Positions 20,934 through 31,303 are shown, numbered from the stretch's first letter. The stretch: 64,000 nt of DNA from a virus (IMGVR_UViG_3300044630_003053:1-64000), one strand, 5' to 3'. Program-made: numbers and translations. Notes: generated by a model from the sequence alone, not told the origin.

Positions 20934-21434
20934 ATGAGCACAAACTACTACAGAATACCAACACACGAAGAGATGTTGAAAAGACAACAAACTCTAATTC
21001 AACAAGTTACAACAATGGACATGTCAATAGAAAACCTCGAAAGGGGAATGAAGTATATCTCACCAACAAAAGATTGGGAATGGTTTTCACCTTGGGAAAT
21101 GTTTATCGATGGAACAAACATTCATTTAGGTAAACGAAGTGTGGGTTGGAAATTCTGTTGGAATTTCCATAAGGACAAATACTACGACAGTAAAGAAAGT
21201 CTATTAGATTTTATTCGTTCGGGTAGAGTTGTTAATGAATATGGTGAAGAACAAGATATTGAGGAGTTCATCATAATGGCACTCGAATGGGGTGAACCTG
21301 ACGGTTGGGTTGTAAATGCGGAGTATCGAAAAGAACAACGTCAGAAAGGTGTGGGTTCTTTCTTTGATAAATCAGAATATGATGATAAGATTGTAGACGG
21401 ATTAAGAGTTTCATCAGCGACAGATTTTTGTTAA
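20934..21434 (+). CDS. hypothetical protein
   Basis: ORF. Confidence 0.45.
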   Translation: MSTNYYRIPTHEEMLKRQQTLIQQVTTMDMSIENLERGMKYISPTKDWEWFSPWEMFIDGTNIHLGKRSVGWKFCWNFHKDKYYDSKESLLDFIRSGRVVNEYGEEQDIEEFIIMALEWGEPDGWVVNAEYRKEQRQKGVGSFFDKSEYDDKIVDGLRVSSATDFC

Positions 21435-21435
21435 T

Positions 21436-22089
21436 ATGATTAAGATAGAAAATAATAGAAAGGTTTGGATAACATCCGATACACATTATAACCACACAAA
21501 CATATGTCGTGGTGTAACTAAATGGAGAATGTTAGATGGTTCTGTACCTGAAGCACAAACTAGGGATTTCATGAATTTAGATAAAATGAATTCGGCAATT
21601 GTAAATAACATAAATGAGTTTGTTGGTCAAGACGATGTGCTGATTCATTTGGGTGATTGGTCGTTTGGTGGGTTTGAACAAATAGAAGAGTTTCGTAATA
21701 GAATTATCTGTAAAGAGATTCATTTAACTTTTGGTAATCATGACCACCATATTGAAAGGAACCGTGAGGATTGCCAAAGACATTTTGCATCATCACAATG
21801 GTTCCTACAATTAAATTATTTGGGTGAGACGCTTGAGTTGATGCACTATCCAATTGCTTCGTGGAATGGACTGAATAAGGGACGTATTCATCTTCATGGA
21901 CATTGTCACCTACCTAACAATAAAAAGTTCGGTAATGGTCGTAGAATGGACGTTGGTATGGATGGGAATCTTGACTTTGCACCATATAATTTAAGAGACA
22001 TAGTTAACTCAATGAAGAATAGACCAGTTGGTTCTGAACTTGGGGTTGATGATCATCACATTGATGAATTAAAAAATGTTGACCGATAA
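21436..22089 (+). CDS. calcineurin-like metallophosphoesterase
   Basis: ITSDTHYNH, GDWSFGG, GNHDHH, HGHCH motifs. Confidence 0.75.
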   Translation: MIKIENNRKVWITSDTHYNHTNICRGVTKWRMLDGSVPEAQTRDFMNLDKMNSAIVNNINEFVGQDDVLIHLGDWSFGGFEQIEEFRNRIICKEIHLTFGNHDHHIERNREDCQRHFASSQWFLQLNYLGETLELMHYPIASWNGLNKGRIHLHGHCHLPNNKKFGNGRRMDVGMDGNLDFAPYNLRDIVNSMKNRPVGSELGVDDHHIDELKNVDR

Positions 22090-22139
22090 TTTTTTTATTC
22101 CGAAAATAATTCATATATTTTTATAAACACAAACCACAC

Positions 22140-22547
22140 ATGAAAGAAACATTAAAAAAAGTATTTGACAAGCGCATTTTGGCTCTTGTTGGATTAATAT
22201 TTGGTATCGGTCTAACTTTTCAATTTATCGTATTTCCAGGTTTAACCACCGCGGATACCGTTTTAAACATCCTATCGATATTTGTGGGGATGTTCTCACT
22301 TTTATTTGCGTTCTATTTTATACAATCGAAAGATTTATTTAATTTTTCATCAGATAAAGATGAAATTATCCTACCAGGAGAAACAGAATACGATTACATC
22401 CCAAAGGACAAGATTGTTAAAAAGAAAAGAAATCCAAAACAATTTACTGAAGTTAAAAGTGAAGAACCTTTCGTGAAAACCAGAAAGAAAAACAAACCTG
22501 AGTTCCCAATGAAACCTCACCACACAACAATTAATAAAACAAAATAA
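22140..22547 (+). CDS. membrane protein
   Basis: two TM segments. Confidence 0.4.
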   Translation: MKETLKKVFDKRILALVGLIFGIGLTFQFIVFPGLTTADTVLNILSIFVGMFSLLFAFYFIQSKDLFNFSSDKDEIILPGETEYDYIPKDKIVKKKRNPKQFTEVKSEEPFVKTRKKNKPEFPMKPHHTTINKTK

Positions 22548-22548
22548 T

Positions 22549-22815
22549 ATGGCAAAATTTAGAAAAAAACCCGTAGTAATAACCGCGGTACAATACGATG
22601 GTAATTTTAGATGTTTAGACTGCTTCTCAATTAGTGAAGTGTCACATTTTATTGTTTCAAAAGATTCGGAGGGTAATCAATGTATTAAGATACCAACCTT
22701 AGAAGGTGAAATGATTGCATCAATTGGGGATTATATCATTAGAGGAGTACAAGGTGAGTACTATCCGTGCAAACCTGATATTTTTGAAATGACTTATGAA
22801 ATGGTAGAAAATTAA
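22549..22815 (+). CDS. hypothetical protein
   Basis: ORF. Confidence 0.4.
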   Translation: MAKFRKKPVVITAVQYDGNFRCLDCFSISEVSHFIVSKDSEGNQCIKIPTLEGEMIASIGDYIIRGVQGEYYPCKPDIFEMTYEMVEN

Positions 22816-22827
22816 TAACAAAATAAT

Positions 22828-23784
22828 ATGGCAAAATTTAGTAGATACGACTATCGTTATGATAATCATGGTAATCGTAGGTCAGAGGAAGAACTTGACC
22901 GTTTAGAAACACAATTTAATAATGAACAACAATTAAAACTAAAAAAAATGATTAAGGCAATCGGAGCAAGCGTTATAGGATTTTTCCTATTAGTGGTATT
23001 ATTCAATTCGTGTGAGAGAATTGATGCAGGTTATGTGGGTGTTAAAGTAAACCAATATGGTGATAACAAAGGTGTGGACGATGTAGTAGCAGTTACCGGT
23101 ATGGTATTCTATAACCCACTTACTACAAAAGTATATGAGTTCCCTACGTTCATTCAACACAAAGAATATAAAAAAACAGAGGATGCTGATAATTCATTCA
23201 TTGTAAATTCAAAGGATGGTTCGGAATTTTCCGTTTCACCAATCATGAACTATTCAGTTCAAAGAGATAAAGTACCTGCAATTTTTAGTAAGTATCGTAG
23301 ACCTTTGGAAGATATTGAGGAGGGATTCTTGAAGACATCAGTATACGATGCGTTCAGATTAGCAACTAACAAATATACGGCTGATGAATTAATTAGTAAT
23401 AGAGCAGTATTTGAGGTTGAAGTTCGTAGATTATTAGACGCTCAGTTATTAAAAGAGGGATTCGTTATCAATCAATTCACATCAAATTTAATTTATCCTG
23501 AAACATTTAAGAAGTCTATTGAGGCTAAGAACAACGCAGTTCAGGCGGCATTGAGAGCGGAGAATGAAGTTAAAACTGCAGAAGCTCAGGCGAAGATTAA
23601 AGTAGCAACTGCGGAAGGTAATGCTCAAGCGATGTTAACATCAGCTAAGGCGGAATCCGAGGCAAATAGAATGAAACAACAAACTCTTACACCGTTATTA
23701 TTACAATTAGAGTATATCAACAAATGGGATGGTAAGTTACCAGTATATGGAACAGTTCCACAGATGTTCAAAAATATTCAATAA
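22828..23784 (+). CDS. SPFH/band-7 (prohibitin-like) membrane protein
   Basis: N-terminal TM, SPFH-like core, Ala/Glu-rich coiled C-terminus (AEAQAKIKVATAEGNAQA). Confidence 0.5.
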   Translation: MAKFSRYDYRYDNHGNRRSEEELDRLETQFNNEQQLKLKKMIKAIGASVIGFFLLVVLFNSCERIDAGYVGVKVNQYGDNKGVDDVVAVTGMVFYNPLTTKVYEFPTFIQHKEYKKTEDADNSFIVNSKDGSEFSVSPIMNYSVQRDKVPAIFSKYRRPLEDIEEGFLKTSVYDAFRLATNKYTADELISNRAVFEVEVRRLLDAQLLKEGFVINQFTSNLIYPETFKKSIEAKNNAVQAALRAENEVKTAEAQAKIKVATAEGNAQAMLTSAKAESEANRMKQQTLTPLLLQLEYINKWDGKLPVYGTVPQMFKNIQ

Positions 23785-24323
23785 TGAAATTTACCGAAAC
23801 AGAAATAGAAGGTTGTTACATAATAACCTACGATACGTTTCATGACGAACGTGGTTACTTCGCCGTACCATATAATAAAGATATATTCAATAATAATGTG
23901 GGGTATGAAGTGGAGTTCATTCAGGATAATATGTCATATTCTCATTTAGGGACCATTAGAGGACTTCATTTCCAAACAGGTGAGTACGAACAGGCCAAAC
24001 TTGTTACGTGTATCACCGGACGAGTATTGGATGTTATCGTTGATATTAGAAAGGAATCCCCAAGTTATGGTAAGGTTGTTGAGGTTGAACTTGGTTGGAA
24101 AAAAAACAAACAAGTGTTCATACCAAGAGGATGTGCTCACGGATTCTCGGCGTTAAGTGATAATACAATATTTCAATATAAAGTTGATAACCCATACAAC
24201 AAAGAAAGTGAAGGTGGGATTATATACAACGACCCAACTTTGAATATCAATTGGAGAGTGAGTGGTTACTTAGAAAGAATATCTGAAAAGGATTTAGAAC
24301 TACCAACTTTCTTATCTTTATAG
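23784..24323 (+). CDS. rmlC: dTDP-4-dehydrorhamnose 3,5-epimerase (RmlC-like cupin)
   Basis: DERGYF, RGLHFQ, FIPRGCAHGF motifs. Confidence 0.8.
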   Translation: MKFTETEIEGCYIITYDTFHDERGYFAVPYNKDIFNNNVGYEVEFIQDNMSYSHLGTIRGLHFQTGEYEQAKLVTCITGRVLDVIVDIRKESPSYGKVVEVELGWKKNKQVFIPRGCAHGFSALSDNTIFQYKVDNPYNKESEGGIIYNDPTLNINWRVSGYLERISEKDLELPTFLSL

Positions 24324-24376
24324 TGTATTTATAAGAATAAAACCTAATAACAAGTATTTATATATAAAATAGAATT

Positions 24377-24601
24377 ATGTCAAAAGTTATTAAATTAAAA
24401 CAATCTGATATTGAAAGAATTGTTTCAAATATAGTTAACGAGCAAGAAATGGGGGATGTAAATCCTGATAGTATTGCTCACGAAGAAGAAATAGATGAGG
24501 AAATGGGTGGTGGAGACATCGACGTTTATCCCGCTAAAGATGCAAAAGGTAACTTGTTTTTAGTCAACGCAAGGACTGGCCAAATTGTGGCTAAGGACTA
24601 A
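24377..24601 (+). CDS. hypothetical small acidic protein
   Basis: ORF followed by terminator. Confidence 0.4.
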   Translation: MSKVIKLKQSDIERIVSNIVNEQEMGDVNPDSIAHEEEIDEEMGGGDIDVYPAKDAKGNLFLVNARTGQIVAKD

Positions 24602-24611
24602 TATATTCTAA

Positions 24612-24638
24612 CCCTCACAGAAAATGTGAGGGTTTTTT
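24612..24638 (+). terminator. rho-independent terminator
   Basis: CCCTCACAGAAAATGTGAGGG plus T-run. Confidence 0.6.
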
Positions 24639-24644
24639 ATGCTA

Positions 24645-24680
24645 TTTTTTGGAATATTCAAAAATTTTATTTATCTTTGT
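24645..24680 (+). promoter_or_regulatory. Bacteroidetes-type promoter (TTTTGG...TAtcTTTG)
   Basis: -33-like TTTTGG and -7-like TATCTTTG a few nt upstream of ATG 24684; same architecture recurs genome-wide. Confidence 0.5.
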
Positions 24681-24683
24681 TAT

Positions 24684-25160
24684 ATGAAAAACACAGAGTA
24701 CAAGATATATTGTGACATGGACGGAGTCTTGGTTGACTTTGATAAAGGTTACAAAGAATTAACCGGTGAGGATTTAACCCCTGGTGTGCATAGAAATGAC
24801 ACAGACTTTTGGGACCCGATTAATAAAGCCGGTTATGATTTCTGGATTAAATTGGGTTGGATGAAAGATGGTAAAAGATTATGGAATTATATTGAAAAAT
24901 ATAAACCAGAAATATTATCTGCACCATCTAGACAAAACGATTCAAGAGTTGCAAAACATGATTGGGTTGAAAGAGAACTACCCGACACACATTTAATTCT
25001 TAGAAGTGCAAAACATAAGAAAGATTTTGCAACACCAACATCAATTCTAATTGACGACAGGTTGGATAATATTCAAGGATGGAGAGATGCCGGTGGTATT
25101 GGTATTCATCATGTTAATACTAAACATACCATTGACCAATTAAAAGTTTTAGGATTATAA
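24684..25160 (+). CDS. 5'(3')-deoxyribonucleotidase-like HAD phosphatase
   Basis: IYCDMDGVLVDF (DxDGV); start moved to the internal ATG because ATG 24639 lies inside the promoter. Confidence 0.55.
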   Translation: MKNTEYKIYCDMDGVLVDFDKGYKELTGEDLTPGVHRNDTDFWDPINKAGYDFWIKLGWMKDGKRLWNYIEKYKPEILSAPSRQNDSRVAKHDWVERELPDTHLILRSAKHKKDFATPTSILIDDRLDNIQGWRDAGGIGIHHVNTKHTIDQLKVLGL

Positions 25161-25170
25161 AATATAATTT

Positions 25171-25413
25171 ATGCTATTCAAATATACTATTAGTTTGGAA
25201 GTTGAGGTTGAATTCGAGGCACCATTGTTAGGTGCCGACAACACCAAACACAAAAGAAAGTATGCTGGGTCAATTGCAAAAAAAACACTTCAAGAGATGG
25301 TAAGTCTTAATAGTACTTCATTGATTGTTGATAGAAATATTGAAGAGGACAACTTTAATGGAACAATTAAAGGTCGTGCACATTTAGGTAAATCACTAAA
25401 AAACAAATATTAA
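25171..25413 (+). CDS. hypothetical protein
   Basis: ORF. Confidence 0.35.
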   Translation: MLFKYTISLEVEVEFEAPLLGADNTKHKRKYAGSIAKKTLQEMVSLNSTSLIVDRNIEEDNFNGTIKGRAHLGKSLKNKY

Positions 25414-25414
25414 A

Positions 25415-25699
25415 ATGAAAAAGTTAATTATATTAATAATGTTGTTGGGAGTGACAACATTAGAGGCGAAGCCGAAATATCGTATTGAAACTTGGTTTCA
25501 AGACGAGTACCAATATTTTTTACCACAAAAAAAAGTATGGTATAAAACAAATTATTTTCCGTTGCCGTTTAAAGTATGGATATCTGGAGATTATCCATTT
25601 CAAAATAAAGACCAAGCGGAAGAAATAATTAAAAATTGGAATCAATCGGATATTGATAGAAAAAAATATAAAAAATCAGAATTTATTTATATAAAATAA
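25415..25699 (+). CDS. small secreted protein
   Basis: signal peptide. Confidence 0.4.
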   Translation: MKKLIILIMLLGVTTLEAKPKYRIETWFQDEYQYFLPQKKVWYKTNYFPLPFKVWISGDYPFQNKDQAEEIIKNWNQSDIDRKKYKKSEFIYIK

Positions 25700-25715
25700 A
25701 ATAAAATACAAAATA

Positions 25716-26837
25716 ATGTCAAAAATTAAAGAATTAAAAACCAATCCTGATAACAGTTTAAATTTGGTTACTGTACTTGAATTATTTAGTCCCGAGGGAA
25801 AATCTAAGTACACGGATTTGTTACTTAAATTAATGAAAGGCACGCCAAATTTAAAAGAACATACTAAAGAAATTAAAGAGACACTAACTAATGAATTTAC
25901 ATTTATCAGTATAGAAAAGTTGAATGGATTTAGTGAGATTCAATTAATGTTGTTGTATAAATTTGTTGATAGTTTTTTTAACGTTCAAGATTTGGTAAAT
26001 TTTAAAAAATTCTGTGATTACAATGAGAGATGTCTTATTGACCAAAACGATTTAAGTAGATACAAAAAGTTTGAGGACATTGTTAATGCGGTTAGTATAG
26101 CCGACATGAAGGTAGAGACTAAGGATATGGAAAACCAAATCATTAAAGTTTACGAAGATGATGAGTGGTTATTACTTAGACCATTAACATACTTAGCATC
26201 CAAAAAATATGGTTCTAACACAAAATGGTGTACAACCCAATCAAACAATTCCGAATATTTTATTAAGTATAGTTCTAAAGGTGTTTTAATTTATTGTATT
26301 AATAAAAAGACAGGGTATAAAGTTGCCAGTTTTTATTCATTAGATAAAAATGACCAAGAGTTTTCATTTTGGAATCAAAAAGATACTCGTGTTGATTCAT
26401 TACAAACTGAATTAAACGATGAGTTAAGAAAAATAATTAGTGAGACATCTATGGCTAAAAATGCCAAAACAAATAGATACCTATTAGATGATGACCAAAG
26501 AACTAAAGAAGATATTCTTTTAAAACATAATGGGTTATTTAAGAGTGGAGCACTTTATGAACCAACGGAACAACCCGAAAGACGATTGAGTGACAGGATT
26601 GGTGCCGCTATCAGAAGAGAAAACGAACCAACAGAAGAAATGTTAGAAGAAAGATCTGAAGAAGCGGAATATGAGGATAGTGAAAATGCTCAGGAACCAC
26701 AAGAAGATTCGATATTGACTAGAATGATGTGGAATTCCACTGGAGAAACTAACTCAATCCCCGAAACTATTGAACATAACAGAGAAAGTTATTATATTAG
26801 AAATGGAGGACCAAGTACAGAAACACCAAGAGGGTAA
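25716..26837 (+). CDS. hypothetical protein (373 aa, acidic C-terminus)
   Basis: ORF. Confidence 0.5.
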   Translation: MSKIKELKTNPDNSLNLVTVLELFSPEGKSKYTDLLLKLMKGTPNLKEHTKEIKETLTNEFTFISIEKLNGFSEIQLMLLYKFVDSFFNVQDLVNFKKFCDYNERCLIDQNDLSRYKKFEDIVNAVSIADMKVETKDMENQIIKVYEDDEWLLLRPLTYLASKKYGSNTKWCTTQSNNSEYFIKYSSKGVLIYCINKKTGYKVASFYSLDKNDQEFSFWNQKDTRVDSLQTELNDELRKIISETSMAKNAKTNRYLLDDDQRTKEDILLKHNGLFKSGALYEPTEQPERRLSDRIGAAIRRENEPTEEMLEERSEEAEYEDSENAQEPQEDSILTRMMWNSTGETNSIPETIEHNRESYYIRNGGPSTETPRG

Positions 26838-26848
26838 TATTTATAAGT

Positions 26849-27085
26849 ATGAAAGTAATTGTAACAGAATCCCAATATCAAAGAGTTGTTTCAGAAGGGT
26901 TTTATGAATCTGAAAAACTATACCCAAGAGACTATATCGTTGGTAGATTAAACAGAGCTCCAAAATATATGAGAGAATATATTAAAAATTTACCTCATAT
27001 CGAATGTACTGACAATCAAGGTATACAATCTATTTGTACCAAAATCCCCGAAGTGGTTTACCAATTTTTATTTGGGAATTTCTAA
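26849..27085 (+). CDS. hypothetical protein
   Basis: ORF. Confidence 0.4.
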   Translation: MKVIVTESQYQRVVSEGFYESEKLYPRDYIVGRLNRAPKYMREYIKNLPHIECTDNQGIQSICTKIPEVVYQFLFGNF

Positions 27086-27142
27086 AATATTTTTGGAATA
27101 TTCTAAAAATTAGAATATATTTGTAATCTAAAACAATAAAAC

Positions 27143-27520
27143 ATGTTAGAGAACATCAGTCCCTACGTTTATCCCGGTATTAAAAATAACGAGGAGTATA
27201 AAAAATTAAGAAGGTTTAAAAGGGATAGAATTACAAAAGAGGAAATACTTGATATAGTTGCTAAGAATTGCTGCGTCACTGCCTCCCAAATACTATCAAG
27301 AGTTAGAGATAGAGAAGTAATCGACGCCAGATTTATTTTTGTTGCGGTTATGAAAAGAGAGTTTGGTCACACCTTAAAACACATCGGTAAAATTTTAAAC
27401 AGAGACCACACAACTATCATTCATTCATTGGAAACATTTGCCGATAGATACAAACAGTATGATGAATATAGAGAAGTTGCAGATGGGGTATTCGAAGAAA
27501 TCAAATCAAAAATAGAGTAA
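27143..27520 (+). CDS. DnaA C-terminal (domain IV) HTH-like protein
   Basis: EVIDARFIFVAVMKREFGHTLKHIGKILNRDHTTIIHSLE parallels the DnaA domain IV region (...RDHTTV.HA). Confidence 0.5.
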   Translation: MLENISPYVYPGIKNNEEYKKLRRFKRDRITKEEILDIVAKNCCVTASQILSRVRDREVIDARFIFVAVMKREFGHTLKHIGKILNRDHTTIIHSLETFADRYKQYDEYREVADGVFEEIKSKIE

Positions 27521-28077
27521 TGAAAACTTTAATAGTACATCCGGCCGATGAGTCCACTACGTTTCTTGACATAGTTTATAGGGACATCCCAAATAAAACT
27601 GTTGTTAAAGGTGGTTGTAGTAAGATGGACGTTATGAATCTTATAAAAGAACATGACCGAGTTATGATGATGGGACACGGCAGTCCTGGAGGTTTATTTT
27701 CAATAGGTCAATTTGATAACTGTGGTGCAAAATACGGTGGTTATATTATTGACCAATCAACGGTATCACTTTTAAAAGAAAAGGACAACAGTGTCTTTAT
27801 TTGGTGTAATGCCGATAAGTTTGTTAATGTGTTCGGATTGAAGGGATTCTATTCTGGAATGTTCATCAGCGAAGTTGGTGAAGCGTTATATTGTGGATTA
27901 CCCGGTACACAACAAGATGAAGTTGATGAATCAAACTATGGTTTTGTAAACATCATTGGTAAGTACATTAATGAAGATAAGAACGTCATATATGAAAATG
28001 TGATGAAAGAATATGGAATTATTGCGGAGGAAAACCCTGTTGCATTATACAATCACAATAGACTTTATAAATCATGA
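27520..28077 (+). CDS. hypothetical protein
   Basis: ORF. Confidence 0.45.
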   Translation: MKTLIVHPADESTTFLDIVYRDIPNKTVVKGGCSKMDVMNLIKEHDRVMMMGHGSPGGLFSIGQFDNCGAKYGGYIIDQSTVSLLKEKDNSVFIWCNADKFVNVFGLKGFYSGMFISEVGEALYCGLPGTQQDEVDESNYGFVNIIGKYINEDKNVIYENVMKEYGIIAEENPVALYNHNRLYKS

Positions 28078-28586
28078 TAACAAACAAACAATACAAAGTA
28101 GAACTCTTAGATGGTAGAATACCCGATAAGATATTCGAAACAAGACAAGAGGCGGTTAGAGAATACCGTGGTAACATTAGTAAATTAATCGAGTATCTCC
28201 CAAGAGAAATTAAAAAGACAGTCGACACATCTGGTGACCAACTTGCAATATTAATTAGTGCAAGAAGTAACGAAGATTTAGACATATCTTTAGATTGTAG
28301 TTATGCAGTAATGTATAATTGTCCTAAAAGAGATAAGATATATCCTGGTATGAAATACTTGGAGGTGTCGGATGAATATGTTTTGGAGGCGGTAATCGAT
28401 AAGTTAGAAAAATATGAGAAAGGTGCACATCCACATTGGAAAGGACCGGGTTATAAACCCACCAAAGAATGGAAATGGGCTATCTATCACAAGAATGGTA
28501 AGTTAATTAGAAGGGACAACGCAGAACAAAAATATAGCAACTCCTTGAAGGGAACTCAAGGAGGAATTAGTTACATCAAAATTTAA
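28074..28586 (+). CDS. hypothetical protein
   Basis: ORF. Confidence 0.45.
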   Translation: MITNKQYKVELLDGRIPDKIFETRQEAVREYRGNISKLIEYLPREIKKTVDTSGDQLAILISARSNEDLDISLDCSYAVMYNCPKRDKIYPGMKYLEVSDEYVLEAVIDKLEKYEKGAHPHWKGPGYKPTKEWKWAIYHKNGKLIRRDNAEQKYSNSLKGTQGGISYIKI

Positions 28587-28589
28587 ATC

Positions 28590-29075
28590 ATGTCTAAAAA
28601 ACCAACACAATACCCATTGGTGATTAGAGAATTAAGAGACTATATGAACGCCGAAGATTTGATTATTACATTATCATTTGGTAGAAAATGCTTAAGTGAA
28701 ACACTTTATGTAAGTGGTGAATGGGAGGGTAAAGATTATTCACTTACCGCAGACATCAATTGGAGAAGTGGGGAACTTAAAACAACCGAAATGGACGTTT
28801 TTCAATTGGTTAAACTATTGAAAACCAAGAACATTTCGGAGATGAATCATAAAGATTTTAATGGTTTGGAATTAATTGAAACAAGAGACGGAGATACAAG
28901 TTTTTATGATTTGGAATGGAGTGAACCTTTAACTGAAGAAGAGGAAGAAGTGGCACCAAGTGAATGGGATATGTACAATGACGGAGACATAAACGATGCT
29001 TGGTACGAATTCGATGGAGGTATCGATAAATTAGAAATAAGAGTTGGTGATTACGCAACCGAAATAACAGAATAA
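28590..29075 (+). CDS. hypothetical acidic protein
   Basis: ORF. Confidence 0.45.
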   Translation: MSKKPTQYPLVIRELRDYMNAEDLIITLSFGRKCLSETLYVSGEWEGKDYSLTADINWRSGELKTTEMDVFQLVKLLKTKNISEMNHKDFNGLELIETRDGDTSFYDLEWSEPLTEEEEEVAPSEWDMYNDGDINDAWYEFDGGIDKLEIRVGDYATEITE

Positions 29076-29251
29076 TATGGATAGATTTCCCAAAGGATTT
29101 GCAAGATTTTTAAGTTTAATGTCAGCCCTTATTTTAGGATCTTACATTACCCAACAGTTTAAATTTAATCAACCTGTTGAATTTTATAGATATTTTTTAA
29201 CCTTTATGTTTGGTTTGATATTCTATATTCACGGAAATTCAAAAGATTAAT

Positions 29252-29473
29252 ATGAAAAGATATAATTGTTTTTTAATTATCGGTAGTGAATTAAGAGAAG
29301 TAACGGTTCTTGCTGATACGGTACACCCCGATTCCACATGTGCGACTAGATTTCATAAGAAAGTAAATGTAATTGGGGAGTATGGATCACGAGAAACTCA
29401 TTTTGAACTTGTGGCTCAGTACCCATCTGATAGATTGGTTATAGAATCGATTGAAGATTTAACCATTGAGTAG
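29252..29473 (+). CDS. hypothetical protein
   Basis: ORF. Confidence 0.35.
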   Translation: MKRYNCFLIIGSELREVTVLADTVHPDSTCATRFHKKVNVIGEYGSRETHFELVAQYPSDRLVIESIEDLTIE

Positions 29474-29484
29474 TATTTATTAAT

Positions 29485-30003
29485 ATGAAAAAGGTTATTT
29501 TAACAGAAGCACAGTTTAGTAAATTGGTTGAACAAACCGTATTTTATGATTTGAGTGAACTACCATCTCATATTGAGTCTATAACGAAAGATGTTATCGA
29601 GGGTAAGAAATCTATGAGTAAACTAATTGGTTTTTTAAAAACAATCAATATTGGTAATATTCTTGAAGAACCTGCAAAGTATTCTAAAATCGTTCAAGAT
29701 TGTTCTAAACTACATGAAGTTTATAGAGCAAAAAATAACAAATATTGGGATATTAGAGATTCGTTCGACGAACAGGAATATGAGAATGGTGGACGTTATA
29801 GTGACGAATTTTACAAATTTGACCACTTAGTAAATGATATAGATAATTTACAAACAGATTTAGATAACTTACATGACATGTATAATGATATTATTGAACC
29901 ATTTGTTGAATATGGTAAAGTGTCTGAAAGAATGTCATATTTTGAAAAAGAATATCCACCTGAAACAATTAATATTAAACCAATAGATAACAACCCTGAA
30001 TAA
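29485..30003 (+). CDS. hypothetical protein
   Basis: ORF; stop codon lies inside the terminator hairpin. Confidence 0.45.
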   Translation: MKKVILTEAQFSKLVEQTVFYDLSELPSHIESITKDVIEGKKSMSKLIGFLKTINIGNILEEPAKYSKIVQDCSKLHEVYRAKNNKYWDIRDSFDEQEYENGGRYSDEFYKFDHLVNDIDNLQTDLDNLHDMYNDIIEPFVEYGKVSERMSYFEKEYPPETINIKPIDNNPE

Positions 30004-30021
30004 ATTTCAGGGTTTTTTTTT
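29995..30021 (+). terminator. rho-independent terminator
   Basis: CCCTGAAATAAATTTCAGGG plus T9. Confidence 0.6.
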
Positions 30022-30071
30022 GGAATATACAAAATATTATTGTATATTTGCATGTAAACAAAATATAAAAG

Positions 30072-30545
30072 ATGAACAAACATTTTGAATTTAGTGAAGA
30101 AGATTTTAATGACCCTAAAAAGTTTATGAAAAAATTTAGGGCTATGTTAAAAGATATGAGGGAGGGGTTAAGTGATGATAGAAGAAAAGAATTGGATGAT
30201 TTTATGAAGAAAAGTAGAGTTAAAACTGATATGTTTGAAGTTCGTAATGTTAGAGGTGTGAGGTCGTTTGGTTTATTTGAAGAGGTTATGAATATTACTG
30301 AGTTCATGATAACAAACGGAATCGAGAGTTTCTTTTCTATTCCAAGAAGACCAGGTAAAACTTATGACGAACACATTGACGCCGTTTATGAACATTACGT
30401 TAATGTTGAGCAGTTAGAATTTGACGAAACATTTATTAGTAACGTTAATTACCTTCTTGAATATTATGTTGAGGATGAACAATACGAAAAATGTGTTTAT
30501 CTCCAATGGTTGAAGGAACAATACACAGAGTACATTTCAAAGTAA
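30072..30545 (+). CDS. hypothetical protein
   Basis: ORF. Confidence 0.45.
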   Translation: MNKHFEFSEEDFNDPKKFMKKFRAMLKDMREGLSDDRRKELDDFMKKSRVKTDMFEVRNVRGVRSFGLFEEVMNITEFMITNGIESFFSIPRRPGKTYDEHIDAVYEHYVNVEQLEFDETFISNVNYLLEYYVEDEQYEKCVYLQWLKEQYTEYISK

Positions 30546-30551
30546 TTTAAA

Positions 30552-30776
30552 ATGGAACAATGTCAAAAAATAAAATTTGGAAAAAAGGAAGTTAAGACGG
30601 TCTTAAACTACATTCGTTTTAAACAAAGTAAACGATGGAGAAAAGAAGTACGATACTACCATTGTTCAGATTGTAACCATTGGCATTTAACATCTTGGGA
30701 CAATTATGATGAAGAACCAATAGACATCCAAATAGATTATTCTAAATGGGAAAAATTATTAAAACAAGAATTATAA
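30552..30776 (+). CDS. small Cys/His protein
   Basis: CSDCNHWH. Confidence 0.35.
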   Translation: MEQCQKIKFGKKEVKTVLNYIRFKQSKRWRKEVRYYHCSDCNHWHLTSWDNYDEEPIDIQIDYSKWEKLLKQEL

Positions 30777-30779
30777 AAC

Positions 30780-30962
30780 ATGGAAATTAAAATTAAAATT
30801 AAATATCATATCGAAGTTGGTGAAGAAATTATTGAGTGTGAAACTTTAGAACAAGCCGAAAAAAAGATGAAGAATTTAAGATCTTCTGAATCTGAATTTT
30901 ATCTTTATCGCACAGAATTAAAAGGTAAATCAATTAAAGAAATCTATTTAATCGGTAATTAA
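30780..30962 (+). CDS. hypothetical small protein
   Basis: ORF. Confidence 0.3.
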   Translation: MEIKIKIKYHIEVGEEIIECETLEQAEKKMKNLRSSESEFYLYRTELKGKSIKEIYLIGN

Positions 30963-30967
30963 TTCAT

Positions 30968-31303
30968 ATGGTTAAATCGTTTAAATTTTTTGTTGGTAAT
31001 GAAGAGGACGAAGATTATCCAATCGAAGATATGGATATCGAAACCTTAGATGATGATAGTCCTTCTTGGTCATGGACATGTATGTTACCATTAGATGGTT
31101 ACACATACGATATTGTCGAAACCCAAAGCAATGGGATACATGAATTCTTAAGTAGATTCCCAAACAGATTTTGTGTTCCTGTGTTATCGATAACCGGACC
31201 AAACGGAAGATTTCATGATACTAACACACAATATGATGATGGTTGGGGATTTGATATCACATCCGATTTACTTACAATAAGATTTTTAAGATTTGAATCT
31301 TAG
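30968..31303 (+). CDS. FKFF-motif family protein
   Basis: N-terminal MVKSFKFFVGN, shared with 32500, 32862, 33293 and 33514. Confidence 0.45.
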   Translation: MVKSFKFFVGNEEDEDYPIEDMDIETLDDDSPSWSWTCMLPLDGYTYDIVETQSNGIHEFLSRFPNRFCVPVLSITGPNGRFHDTNTQYDDGWGFDITSDLLTIRFLRFES

